This document shows, in pieces, positions 48,692 to 58,509 of a stretch of DNA of 64,000 bases. The DNA lies in contig JAULZW010000006.1 of assembly GCA_032117235.1 (NCBI GenBank), forward strand, positions 2,532 through 66,531, read 5' to 3'. The first letter of the stretch is position 1. Every line of letters starts with the position of its first letter. Under the pieces are notes generated by a model. That model saw nothing but the letters and a program-made list of their open reading frames with translations. It did no database searches and was not told the origin of the DNA. This stretch comes from Minisyncoccota bacterium (GTDB lineage: Bacteria > Patescibacteriota > Minisyncoccia > SW-4-49-11). A program made the position numbers and the translations under genes.

Positions 48692-49999
48692 ATGAAATTT
48701 CTAATATATCGAATCTTAAAATATGCTAGTAAAAAATTATTAAAAAGATATAATCCTACTATTATAGGTGTAGTTGGTAATGTGGGTAAAACAAGTATGA
48801 GGGCTAATATAGTTTTATTTTTAGAACAATTTAGTCCAGTTGGAACTAATATTGATAATTATAATACCCCTATAGGAATTACCTTATCTTTTATTGATGA
48901 AAAATTTCCTGGAAAAAATATTTTTGCTTGGCTTAGAATTATATTCAAATCTTTATCTAAATCTTGGTTTGGAGATAGTGAGTTTGCACCCATTTGGGTT
49001 TTAGAAATTGGGGTTGATACTCCAGGAGATATGGATGAATTCATAACAGATTTTTTGAAGTTTGATGTAGTTGTATTCGGTTTTATTGGAGAACATCCTG
49101 TTCATTTAGCTCAATTTAAGGATAGAAAACAATTAATTCAAGAAGATGCCAAGATATTAAGGGCCTTGAAATCAGATGGAACTCTTATTATAGATGGGGA
49201 TGATTTCGTATTAAAACCTATTTATCGTAAAAGAGGAAATGTAATTACTTTTGGATTTGGAGATACACATATAAAGGCTTCTGATTTTAAGGTTGCTATT
49301 GAATCTGTTAATTCTGAAGAACAATGGTCTAATTATTATAGTAGTATTGTACCTAAAGGTAAGTTTAAAGTTGAATATAAGGGTAGTAGTATACCATTTC
49401 AGGTAGATTATGTTTTGGGGAAACATCAGGTAAACTCGATCTTGCCATCTATTGCATTGGGGCTAGTAGATGGTATGAATTTAGTTGATATTTCACAACA
49501 AATAAAGAAAATTGTTCCTGTTAGGGGGAGACTCAGATGTCTTGAGGGTATAAAAGATACTTTGTTAATAGATGACACTTATAATGCGGCTCCTGCTGCT
49601 ATGGCTATGGCTTTAGATGCAGTTTCTCGGCTTAATGTAAAGGGAGTTCGCAAAGTAGCGGTTTTAGGTGAAATGAAGGAATTAGGTCCTGATTCACAAG
49701 CTATTCATCAAGATATTGGAGCTTTAGCCGCTGAAATAGTAGATGTATGTGTTTGTGTTGGAGAGGGTGCTAAAGATATTCTATTGGCTTTTCATAAACA
49801 CAATCCTAGTGGTCTATATCATTGGTTCAAAAATTCTGAAGAAGCAGCTTCCAAAATAGTTGACTTTATTACGGCAGATGATATTATTATAGTAAAGGGT
49901 TCACAGTCATCTAGGATGGAAAAAGTTTCTTTAGAGTTATTATCTAATAAAAGATATCGTAAAGAATTATTAACTAGACAATCAGCAGAGTGGCTGTAA
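48692..49999 (+). CDS. murF: UDP-MurNAc-tripeptide--D-Ala-D-Ala ligase
   Basis: GNVGKT, NYNT.IG, LIDDTYNA, VLGEMKELG, VKGS. Confidence 0.88.
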   Translation: MKFLIYRILKYASKKLLKRYNPTIIGVVGNVGKTSMRANIVLFLEQFSPVGTNIDNYNTPIGITLSFIDEKFPGKNIFAWLRIIFKSLSKSWFGDSEFAPIWVLEIGVDTPGDMDEFITDFLKFDVVVFGFIGEHPVHLAQFKDRKQLIQEDAKILRALKSDGTLIIDGDDFVLKPIYRKRGNVITFGFGDTHIKASDFKVAIESVNSEEQWSNYYSSIVPKGKFKVEYKGSSIPFQVDYVLGKHQVNSILPSIALGLVDGMNLVDISQQIKKIVPVRGRLRCLEGIKDTLLIDDTYNAAPAAMAMALDAVSRLNVKGVRKVAVLGEMKELGPDSQAIHQDIGALAAEIVDVCVCVGEGAKDILLAFHKHNPSGLYHWFKNSEEAASKIVDFITADDIIIVKGSQSSRMEKVSLELLSNKRYRKELLTRQSAEWL

Positions 50000-50009
50000 A
50001 TTGAAATAT

Positions 50010-50225
50010 ATGAAAAAAACAGAGCAATCATTTAAGCAGATTTTCAGTGAATTAGAGACACTTACTAAAGAATTGGAAAATAATGATGTGATTGAGTTAG
50101 AGAAGGGAGTTCAGTTATTTGAAAAAGGTATGGAGCTCTCTAAAATATGTCGATCAAAACTAAGTATAATGGAGAATAAAATTATAAATATAAAGAATAA
50201 ATATGCTAATAATGAAAAAGATTAA
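50010..50225 (+). CDS. xseB: Exodeoxyribonuclease VII small subunit
   Basis: SF......LE.....LE...LE....LFEKGMELSKIC...L. Confidence 0.88.
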   Translation: MKKTEQSFKQIFSELETLTKELENNDVIELEKGVQLFEKGMELSKICRSKLSIMENKIINIKNKYANNEKD

Positions 50226-52026
50226 ATATAATTTGCTTTTACTGTCTATAATATTTATATTACCAAATATTGCGTTTGCTGACACAGGTGATAAAATTGT
50301 ATACACTAACTGTGAGATTCAGTCTTATGAGGAACAATTAGCTGATAATTTTTATTTAGTAGATAATGTTGATGCTAACCAAGGTTGTGTTGTTAAGTCT
50401 ATTCCAGATCAAAGAATTCACCTAACTTCTAATGATTCAAATTATGCAGATCAATGGGCATTAAAAAATGTAGGCCAATCTATTCTAGGTCAATCTGGAC
50501 TATCTGGTGTTGATGTTGACTTTACCAATGCCTATCCTAAAATATCTAATATAGCTAAAGGTAATACTAAAATTGCCGTTATTGATACAGGTGTAACTAT
50601 TATACCAGAGCTTTCTGGTCAGATTTTGTCTGGTTATAATTTTATTAATAATTCTAACAATGCTAATGATGATAATGGTCATGGCACATTTATCTCTAGT
50701 ATTATTGCCTCTAAAGTTAATAACTCAATAGGTATTGCTGGGATTAACGATAGAGTCAATATTTTGCCACTAAAAGTTTTAGACTCAGAGGGTAAAGGTT
50801 TTTTGTCAGATTTAATCAAAGCAATTCAGTATTCCATAGATCAAAATGTATCTATTATTAATCTTAGTCTAGCTTCTACTTCATTTGACCCTATTCTTAA
50901 TAATATTATTGAATCGGCTTATCAAAGAGGGGTAATTGTTGTGGCTGCTGCTGGTAATAGTGGTATTAATATTACATCGCCTAATGTTTCCCCTCTAAAT
51001 AATGATGGTAATAAAAATTGGGTTGTTGGTGTTGGTGCAATTGATAATAAAGGTAATAGACCAAATTACTCAAATTATGGGCTAGGGGTAGATGTTGTAG
51101 TGCCGGGAGATAAAATTTTAGGTTATAATAACAATAATGTTTTAGAATATAGGTCTGGAACTTCTATGGCAGCGGCTATAATGACTGGGGTTTTATCAGC
51201 TTGGAGAGATTATTATGGAGAATTAAATACTGACGAGGCTCATAATCTTATTAAAAGCTCAAGTAAGTCTTTAAGATTGATTTCTATGGATAGTGTTATG
51301 ACAAGACGAAATTATCCAAATGGTTCTCTAATAAGAACTTCTAATTCAGGTGTTTATCTTATAAAACAAGGAGTCAAGAGGCCAATTATTGATCCAATTA
51401 TATTCTTGTCCTATTATTATAAATGGCAAGATATTTTAGTGGTGAGCGATGTTAGTTTCAACTCTATTCCTACGGGAGATGCTTTACCTTTAAGAGAAGG
51501 ATTTTTGATTTCTGATAAAGATAAGGTATATGTTATAGAGCAGGGTATGAAAAGACCTATTGCTTCACCAGAAGTGTTTTTAGGGTTAGGATATAAATGG
51601 GGTAATATATCTAGTGCTTCTAATTCAGTATTGGATTTACATCCTACAGGCTCAATTATATCTGATATAAATCAAATCCCAAATGGTAGTGTAGTATTTT
51701 CTGAAGGTACAGGTGCTTATTTAATAGAGAATGGTAAAAAACTACCTTTCTCTACACCATATACTTATCTTTCTAGGTATAGCTGGAGTGATTTAATTAA
51801 GATTAGACTGACTTTGTTAAACTCTTTTCCTACAGCCAATGAAGTGTATCCTCAAGAAGGTTCAATTATTAGAGATGATGGAGCTGTGTATTGGATAGAA
51901 AATAATACTAAGCGTCCATTCGCATCTCCACAGGCTTTCCTTGGGATGGGTTTGTCTTGGGGTAGAGTTATTTATCCTCCTTTGACTGTGTTGAATAGTT
52001 TGTCTAAAGGTGATATTATACAATAA
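50212..52026 (+). CDS. Secreted S8 subtilisin-like protease with four C-terminal repeats
   Basis: Catalytic triad motifs IAVIDTG, NGHGT and SGTSMA; AAAGN; same repeat as 14225 and 16183. Confidence 0.92.
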   Translation: MKKIKYNLLLLSIIFILPNIAFADTGDKIVYTNCEIQSYEEQLADNFYLVDNVDANQGCVVKSIPDQRIHLTSNDSNYADQWALKNVGQSILGQSGLSGVDVDFTNAYPKISNIAKGNTKIAVIDTGVTIIPELSGQILSGYNFINNSNNANDDNGHGTFISSIIASKVNNSIGIAGINDRVNILPLKVLDSEGKGFLSDLIKAIQYSIDQNVSIINLSLASTSFDPILNNIIESAYQRGVIVVAAAGNSGINITSPNVSPLNNDGNKNWVVGVGAIDNKGNRPNYSNYGLGVDVVVPGDKILGYNNNNVLEYRSGTSMAAAIMTGVLSAWRDYYGELNTDEAHNLIKSSSKSLRLISMDSVMTRRNYPNGSLIRTSNSGVYLIKQGVKRPIIDPIIFLSYYYKWQDILVVSDVSFNSIPTGDALPLREGFLISDKDKVYVIEQGMKRPIASPEVFLGLGYKWGNISSASNSVLDLHPTGSIISDINQIPNGSVVFSEGTGAYLIENGKKLPFSTPYTYLSRYSWSDLIKIRLTLLNSFPTANEVYPQEGSIIRDDGAVYWIENNTKRPFASPQAFLGMGLSWGRVIYPPLTVLNSLSKGDIIQ

Positions 52027-52049
52027 ATATTATTAATAAAATATATACT

Positions 52050-53078
52050 ATGAAAAAAAGAATAGCAATTAATGGTTTTGGAAGAATTGGGCGAACAGTA
52101 TTAAAAATTTCCCTTTTACCTCCATATAATGAGCAGTTAGAAATCGTGGCTGTAAATGATTTAGGAGATGTACAAAATCTAGCTTATTTAGTGAAATATG
52201 ATTCGGTTTACGGTACTATTCCACAAGAAATATCAGTTATAGAAAGGGAAGGAAAGCCATATATTAAAATTGATAGTCAAGAAATTTTAGTTTGTTCTGA
52301 AAAAGATCCATCTAATTTACCTTGGGGTAATTTGGGTATTGATGTTGTAATTGAATCTACTGGTTTTTTTACTAGTACTGAAAAATCTAAAGCTCATATT
52401 GAAGCTGGAGCAAAAAGAGTCGTTATCTCAGCACCTACTAAAGACGAGACTCCAATAGTAACTCCATCATTGAATGAAGACTCTCTTAAAGATGTACTTA
52501 TTAGCTCTAATGCATCTTGTACTACTAATGCTACTAACCCAGTAGCTTCAGTTATTCATGAGGCTCTAGGTATTGAAAAAGCTTTATTATCTACAGTTCA
52601 TGCTTATACTGCTACACAATCTTTAGTAGATGGTATGGCTGATCCAAGTGATTTGAGAAGAGGCAGAGCTGGAGCACAAAATATTATACCCTCTACTACT
52701 GGTGCAGCAAAAGCTGTTAGTAAGGTTATCCCTGATTTAGCTAATAAATTTGATGGAGTGGCAGTTAGGGTTCCCGTAGTAGGGGGGTCTTTAATAGACT
52801 TGACAATGTTAGTTTCAAGAGATACTACAGTTGAGGAAATTAATCAGATTTTGACTAATGCTGCTGAATCTGAAAAATGGAAAGGTATTCTAGGTGTTAC
52901 AAATGCTCCAATTGTGTCAACCGACATATTAAAAACTTCTTATGGTAGTTTAGTGGCCTTAGATTTGACTCAAGTAGTGGATGGAGATTTAATCAAAGTT
53001 ATGGCTTGGTATGATAATGAATGGAGTTATACATCAATGTTGATGAAACACGTTGTCACTGTTCTTAACTTTCTATAA
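52050..53078 (+). CDS. gap: Glyceraldehyde-3-phosphate dehydrogenase
   Basis: INGFGRIGR, SNASCTTN, WYDNEW. Confidence 0.97.
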   Translation: MKKRIAINGFGRIGRTVLKISLLPPYNEQLEIVAVNDLGDVQNLAYLVKYDSVYGTIPQEISVIEREGKPYIKIDSQEILVCSEKDPSNLPWGNLGIDVVIESTGFFTSTEKSKAHIEAGAKRVVISAPTKDETPIVTPSLNEDSLKDVLISSNASCTTNATNPVASVIHEALGIEKALLSTVHAYTATQSLVDGMADPSDLRRGRAGAQNIIPSTTGAAKAVSKVIPDLANKFDGVAVRVPVVGGSLIDLTMLVSRDTTVEEINQILTNAAESEKWKGILGVTNAPIVSTDILKTSYGSLVALDLTQVVDGDLIKVMAWYDNEWSYTSMLMKHVVTVLNFL

Positions 53079-53130
53079 AAGTCTTCATATATTATGATAT
53101 AATATATTTATAAATTATAGATTGTTTTAT

Positions 53131-53508
53131 ATGTCTACTATATTTACAAAAATAAGAGAAGGTCTCATTTCAGGATTTATATTCGACGATAATGGTGAAT
53201 TTTTTGTTATTCATACTAATAATCCAATTCAGTTAGGACATTTATTAGTAATTCCGTATAATGAGACAGATTATATTTTTGATTTAGATGATAGTACTTA
53301 TGATAAATTGTGGAAATATGTAAAAAATATATCTATTCGTTTACAACAAGTTACAGGAGCTAAAAAAATTGCAATTAAAGTTGAAGGTATGGAGGTTAAT
53401 CATGTACATATACACTTAATTCCTATTAATAATCCTTCAGATATGTTGGAGCATACCAAGGTTACAGCTCAAGAAATAATAGATTTGCAAAATAGATTCA
53501 AACATTAA
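53131..53508 (+). CDS. HIT family protein
   Basis: TIFTKI, GHLLVIP, HVHIHLIP. Confidence 0.9.
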   Translation: MSTIFTKIREGLISGFIFDDNGEFFVIHTNNPIQLGHLLVIPYNETDYIFDLDDSTYDKLWKYVKNISIRLQQVTGAKKIAIKVEGMEVNHVHIHLIPINNPSDMLEHTKVTAQEIIDLQNRFKH

Positions 53509-53511
53509 ATT

Positions 53512-55659
53512 ATGTCTAAAAAAGAGACTATATCTAATACAAAGATTAAAAGTGAAGCCAAGAGAACAATATTAGGGGTTACATTTGTTGCTTTTTCAAT
53601 ACTAAGTTTTTTATCTTTCTTTTCTTCAGCAGGAGTTTTTGGTAACAGTATTAACAATAGCTTTTCTTTTTTATTTGGGTTTGCTAAGTTTATATTGCCA
53701 TTTATATTATTATATATTGGTGTTAAATTATTAGTCAAACCAAAAACAGTTACAAGTTTCTACTATATAAATTTGTTAGCTTTATTAAATTTATTTATAT
53801 TATTTTTAGGTCTGTTACAATTTGTACAATTTGATAATTCTGAACAGTCTTTAGAGAATGCGAAAAATGGTGTCGGAGGAGGTTATATTGGTTATTATAT
53901 AGGAGCATTGATTAAATATGTATTCGGTGAATTTGGTGGTTTTATAGCTATAATAACTGGTATTAGCATCTCTGCTATTATTTTACTTAATAGAGCAATA
54001 CACCTTGATGGTTTGATATCATTGATGAAACCTATATTTTCTAAAGAAACTAAGATAGAGGATGTTCATCAAGATAATAAAGATAATTCCCAAATTAATT
54101 CTAATAGAATTTTCAATCAAGAAGCTAAAGTAGAAGAATTAGGTGATAAGGTAATATCAAATAATAAAGTTATAATCAATAAAATTCCTGAGTGGATGAA
54201 AGAAAATCAGTTTAGTTTGCCCACAGTAGATTTATTAGAAAAGGGAAAACTAGATGATGGTCCTAAAAGTGGAGATACCAAAAAAAGTTCAGAAATTATT
54301 AAGGGTACATTATCTACTTTTGGTATTGAGGTTGAAATGGGTAAAATTGATGTTGGTCCATCTGTTACGCGATTTATGCTTCGGCCATCTAATGGTATAA
54401 AATTATCCAGAATTACTTCATTACAAAATGATTTAGCTCTAGCTATGGCAGCTCAATCAATTAGAATAGAAGCTCCAATTCCAGGAATGTCATATGTCGG
54501 CGTAGAAACTCCTAATGCTAAAAGAGCCACAGTGAGAATGAGAGAAATTATGGAGTCTAAAGAGTTCAATGATAATGAATATCACTTACCACTTGCTTTA
54601 GGTAGAGACGTTATGAATAAAGTTATTGTCTTTCCATTAGAAAAGATGCCACATTTATTAATTGCAGGAGCTACAGGAGCTGGTAAGTCTATGGGACTGA
54701 ATGCTATGATTTTAAGTATGTTATATAAAAACCCACCTTCTAAATTAAAATTTATATTTATTGACCCTAAAAGAGTTGAGTTATCTACATATAATGGTAT
54801 ACCTCATCTTTTAACTCCAGCTATAGTTAGTCCCGAAAAAGCTATGAATGCTCTAAATTGGTGTGTAGGAGAGATGGAAAGACGTTATGAAACTTTAGCA
54901 AAAGCAGGAGCAAGAAATATATTCACATATAATGAAAAGATTATAGATGGAACTTTGAAATCAGAAAATGATCAAGAATTAGAAATTATGCCATTTATTG
55001 TTGTTGTAATAGATGAGCTTGCTGATTTAATGAGTAGTCATAAAAAAGAAGTTGAAGGTTCAATTGTGAGAATAGCTCAGATGGCAAGAGCGGTGGGTAT
55101 ACATCTAATTTTAGCTACGCAAAGACCATCCACAGATGTAATTACGGGTATTATAAAAGCTAATTTACCATCTAGAGTGAGCTTTCAGGTGGCTTCTCAA
55201 ATTGACTCCAGAACTGTACTAGATATGATGGGAGCAGAAAAATTATTAGGTATGGGAGATATGTTGTTTTTAGGTGGTGATTTATCCAAACCTCAGAGAA
55301 TACAAGGTCCTTTTGTTCCGGAGAATGAAGTGAAATCTGTTGTTAAGTGGTTAAAAAGTCAAGGAGAAAACCAATATGACAACTCTATTACGGAGTCAGA
55401 ATCACCTAAACAAATTTATTATGACGGTGGAGTAGATTATGGTAGTGAAGGCACAGACACTTTATTTGAGGAAGCAAAAGACTTAGTGTTACAGAGTGGT
55501 AAGGGTTCAGCATCTCTTTTGCAGAGGAGATTAAAGATAGGGTATGCCAGAGCCGCTAGACTATTAGATGAACTAGAAGCAGCTGGAATTGTTGGGCAGG
55601 CTGAAGGGTCTAAGCCTAGAGATGTATTGATAGAAAAACATAGTATAGATAATGAATAA
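53512..55659 (+). CDS. ftsK: DNA translocase FtsK
   Basis: N-terminal TMs, PHLLIAGATGAGKS, IDELADLM, ATQRPS, gamma domain LQRRLKIGYARAAR. Confidence 0.97.
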   Translation: MSKKETISNTKIKSEAKRTILGVTFVAFSILSFLSFFSSAGVFGNSINNSFSFLFGFAKFILPFILLYIGVKLLVKPKTVTSFYYINLLALLNLFILFLGLLQFVQFDNSEQSLENAKNGVGGGYIGYYIGALIKYVFGEFGGFIAIITGISISAIILLNRAIHLDGLISLMKPIFSKETKIEDVHQDNKDNSQINSNRIFNQEAKVEELGDKVISNNKVIINKIPEWMKENQFSLPTVDLLEKGKLDDGPKSGDTKKSSEIIKGTLSTFGIEVEMGKIDVGPSVTRFMLRPSNGIKLSRITSLQNDLALAMAAQSIRIEAPIPGMSYVGVETPNAKRATVRMREIMESKEFNDNEYHLPLALGRDVMNKVIVFPLEKMPHLLIAGATGAGKSMGLNAMILSMLYKNPPSKLKFIFIDPKRVELSTYNGIPHLLTPAIVSPEKAMNALNWCVGEMERRYETLAKAGARNIFTYNEKIIDGTLKSENDQELEIMPFIVVVIDELADLMSSHKKEVEGSIVRIAQMARAVGIHLILATQRPSTDVITGIIKANLPSRVSFQVASQIDSRTVLDMMGAEKLLGMGDMLFLGGDLSKPQRIQGPFVPENEVKSVVKWLKSQGENQYDNSITESESPKQIYYDGGVDYGSEGTDTLFEEAKDLVLQSGKGSASLLQRRLKIGYARAARLLDELEAAGIVGQAEGSKPRDVLIEKHSIDNE

Positions 55660-56281
55660 GCAAAAGATAACTTTAGGATATGTGTTAAGAAAATATAGGT
55701 CAAAGTCTAATTTAGATATAGATAGACTATCCTATAAAATATCAACAGACATTGATTATATTATAGCTTTAGAAAAGGGAAATTATAAAATTTTCACATC
55801 ATTCAATCAAGCCTTGCCAATAATTAGAAAGTTAAGTTATACACTTGGTTTGAAGTATCAAAGTTTAGTAGAGCTGTATAATAAGGAGTATGAGTTTTAT
55901 ATTCACAATAATAACAATAATATAGTTAAATCTAAGACATTTATAAATTATAACTTATTTAAGTTTAGTGGTGGTTTAATAGTAGGAATTGTTATTCTAG
56001 GTTATTTAATGTTACAAGTATATCAAATGACATATAGTCCAATAATTACTCTAGATAATGCTCAACCTTATCAATTTTATGACAAAGAAGAGTATAAATT
56101 AAATGGTAATTTGTCGAGAGCTAGTCAGTTGACATTGAATGGGCAAAAGGTTACAATTAAAGAAGATGGTAATTTTGAAGCTTTGTTAAATTTACAAAAG
56201 GGTGAAAATAGGATTGAGTTATCTGTAAAAAAAGATAATAAATTCGTAAAAACATTACAAAAAACAATTTATAGACAATAA
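55652..56281 (+). CDS. RodZ-like HTH-TM protein with a C-terminal Ig-like domain
   Basis: LG..LR..R, YIIALEKG, one TM, L.LNG...DGNF...L..GEN; follows ftsK. Confidence 0.7.
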   Translation: MNKQKITLGYVLRKYRSKSNLDIDRLSYKISTDIDYIIALEKGNYKIFTSFNQALPIIRKLSYTLGLKYQSLVELYNKEYEFYIHNNNNNIVKSKTFINYNLFKFSGGLIVGIVILGYLMLQVYQMTYSPIITLDNAQPYQFYDKEEYKLNGNLSRASQLTLNGQKVTIKEDGNFEALLNLQKGENRIELSVKKDNKFVKTLQKTIYRQ

Positions 56282-56282
56282 T

Positions 56283-57527
56283 ATGGAAATTAAAAATATT
56301 CAAGGTTATGAGATATTAGACTCTAGAGGAAATCCAACCACAGCTTGTTTAGTTGAGTTATTAGATGGTACTCAAGCAAAGGCATATGTGCCATCTGGAG
56401 CATCTACTGGTTCTCATGAAGCAGTAGAATTAAGAGATGTTGACGAAAATCGTTATAATGGTATGGGTGTGCTGATAGCTGTTAATAATATTAATAGTAT
56501 TATTAAACCAGCCTTGATTTCTAAAAATGCTTATGATCAAGAAAATATTGACCAAATTTTAATAGATTTAGATGGTACTCATAATAAATCAAAATTAGGT
56601 TCTAATGCAATCTTAGCAGTTTCATTAGCAGTTGCTAGGGCCTCAGCTATTTCACAGGGAAAAGAGTTATATCAATATATTCAAGATATATTTAAACCTA
56701 ACTCTAATTTATCTAAGCAATTCCCCCAAATTGGATTTAATGTATTGAATGGAGGTAAGCATGCTGACTCTGGGTTAGATGTACAAGAATATATGATTAT
56801 GCCACTTAAAACGAATATTGATGAAAATATCCGTATTGGATCTGAGATATATCATACTTTAAAAAAGATTCTAGCTAAAAATGGACAAATTGTTTCAGTA
56901 GGAGATGAAGGTGGTTTTGCTCCTAGATTAGACAATAATGAAGCGGGCCTTGACTTATTAGTAAAAGCTATTCAAGAGGCGGGATATGTGCCAGGAATAG
57001 ATTGTTCCTTAGCTTTAGATATTGCAGCCACTGAGTTCTTTGATAGTACTTTACAAAAATATACATTTGATAAACAAATTTATTCTGGAATTGAGTTGTC
57101 TGCTATATATCAAAATTGGTTAAATAAATATCCACTAGTTTCAATAGAAGATCCATTTTCTGAAGATGATTATGTGAGCTGGAGTAATTTTCAAAAACTT
57201 AGGGGCAATTCTTTACGTATAGTTGGAGATGATTTATTAGTAACAAATACAGATAGAATTAAAGAAGCAATTGAAAAGAAACTGTGTAATTCAGTATTAA
57301 TTAAACCAAATCAAATAGGAACATTAACTGAAACTTTAAAGGCTATTAATTTGGCTCATCAAAATAATATGACCACTATGATATCTCATCGTAGTGGAGA
57401 TACAATAGATACATTTATATCTGACTTAGCCGTCGGAGTGTCTGCTAGATATATTAAATCTGGAGCCCCAGCTCGAGCTGAGAGAGTAAGTAAATATAAT
57501 AGATTATTAGAAATATATTATTTTTAA
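56283..57527 (+). CDS. eno: Enolase
   Basis: ILDSRGNPT, VPSGASTG, VGDEGGFAP, IKPNQIGT, SHRSG. Confidence 0.97.
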   Translation: MEIKNIQGYEILDSRGNPTTACLVELLDGTQAKAYVPSGASTGSHEAVELRDVDENRYNGMGVLIAVNNINSIIKPALISKNAYDQENIDQILIDLDGTHNKSKLGSNAILAVSLAVARASAISQGKELYQYIQDIFKPNSNLSKQFPQIGFNVLNGGKHADSGLDVQEYMIMPLKTNIDENIRIGSEIYHTLKKILAKNGQIVSVGDEGGFAPRLDNNEAGLDLLVKAIQEAGYVPGIDCSLALDIAATEFFDSTLQKYTFDKQIYSGIELSAIYQNWLNKYPLVSIEDPFSEDDYVSWSNFQKLRGNSLRIVGDDLLVTNTDRIKEAIEKKLCNSVLIKPNQIGTLTETLKAINLAHQNNMTTMISHRSGDTIDTFISDLAVGVSARYIKSGAPARAERVSKYNRLLEIYYF

Positions 57528-57535
57528 TTAAAAAA

Positions 57536-58498
57536 ATGGAAACAAAATATAAGGTTTTAATAGTGGAAGATGATCCATTAATTAGACAAATTTATACTGA
57601 AAGGCTGAGTGCAGATCAAGATATTGATGTTTTTACAGCAGAAGATGGCTTAGATGGGTTAAATAAAATTAAGGAACAAAAATACAATTTAATTTTTTCT
57701 GGTATACAAATGCCAAATAAGACTGGGTTTGAACTATTTCAAGATTTACAAAATGATGTAGAGCTATCTAATATTCCATTTGTTATATTTAGTCATTTAG
57801 GTAGAGTTGAAGATATACAAACAGCAAAAGAATTAGGAATAGATAACTTTATAATTAGGGGTAGTACTACTCCAGATGAAGTAGCAATGACAATCAAACA
57901 TATTATTAGTAAACATAATATGTTTGAGAGTTTAGCTATAAAACAATATAAAATATTAATTGTTGAGGATAATTCTGAGATAAGAGCTACATATAGAGAT
58001 AGATTTGTTCAAAGCCCACAAATTATAGTAGAAGAAGCGATAGATGGACTAGATGGATTGAATAAAATTAAAACAAATAAATATGATTTGGTATTTTCTG
58101 GTATTTATATGCCTAATCAAACAGGGTTTGAACTATTCCAAGAAGTTCAAAATTTGGTAGATAAGAAAGATATTCCTATAGTTTTATTTAGTCATTGGGG
58201 TAGACCCGAGGATATAGAAAGGGCTAAAGAATTAGGTGTAAAATATTTTATTATAAGAGGTCAAAATACTCCTAATGATATTTTTAATCAAATATTATCT
58301 ATTTTAAGTGTTAATGATCAAATGTATAAACTTGTAATTAAAAAAGACTCCTTAGATTACTCTAAATTTGTTGCAAGATTTTATCCAAATTATATTATTG
58401 AAAATTTGGATAATGATGACATTTCAGTTAGAGTTATTTTAAGTGAGAATTCAAAGCCATTTAAATTCTTTATAGAATTAGATGATATAAATAAATAA
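57536..58498 (+). CDS. Tandem atypical receiver-domain protein (REC-REC)
   Basis: Two VLIVEDD/ILIVEDN...DGLDGL...FSGIxMP..TG domains. Confidence 0.85.
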   Translation: METKYKVLIVEDDPLIRQIYTERLSADQDIDVFTAEDGLDGLNKIKEQKYNLIFSGIQMPNKTGFELFQDLQNDVELSNIPFVIFSHLGRVEDIQTAKELGIDNFIIRGSTTPDEVAMTIKHIISKHNMFESLAIKQYKILIVEDNSEIRATYRDRFVQSPQIIVEEAIDGLDGLNKIKTNKYDLVFSGIYMPNQTGFELFQEVQNLVDKKDIPIVLFSHWGRPEDIERAKELGVKYFIIRGQNTPNDIFNQILSILSVNDQMYKLVIKKDSLDYSKFVARFYPNYIIENLDNDDISVRVILSENSKPFKFFIELDDINK

Positions 58499-58509
58499 TA
58501 TTTTTCAAT

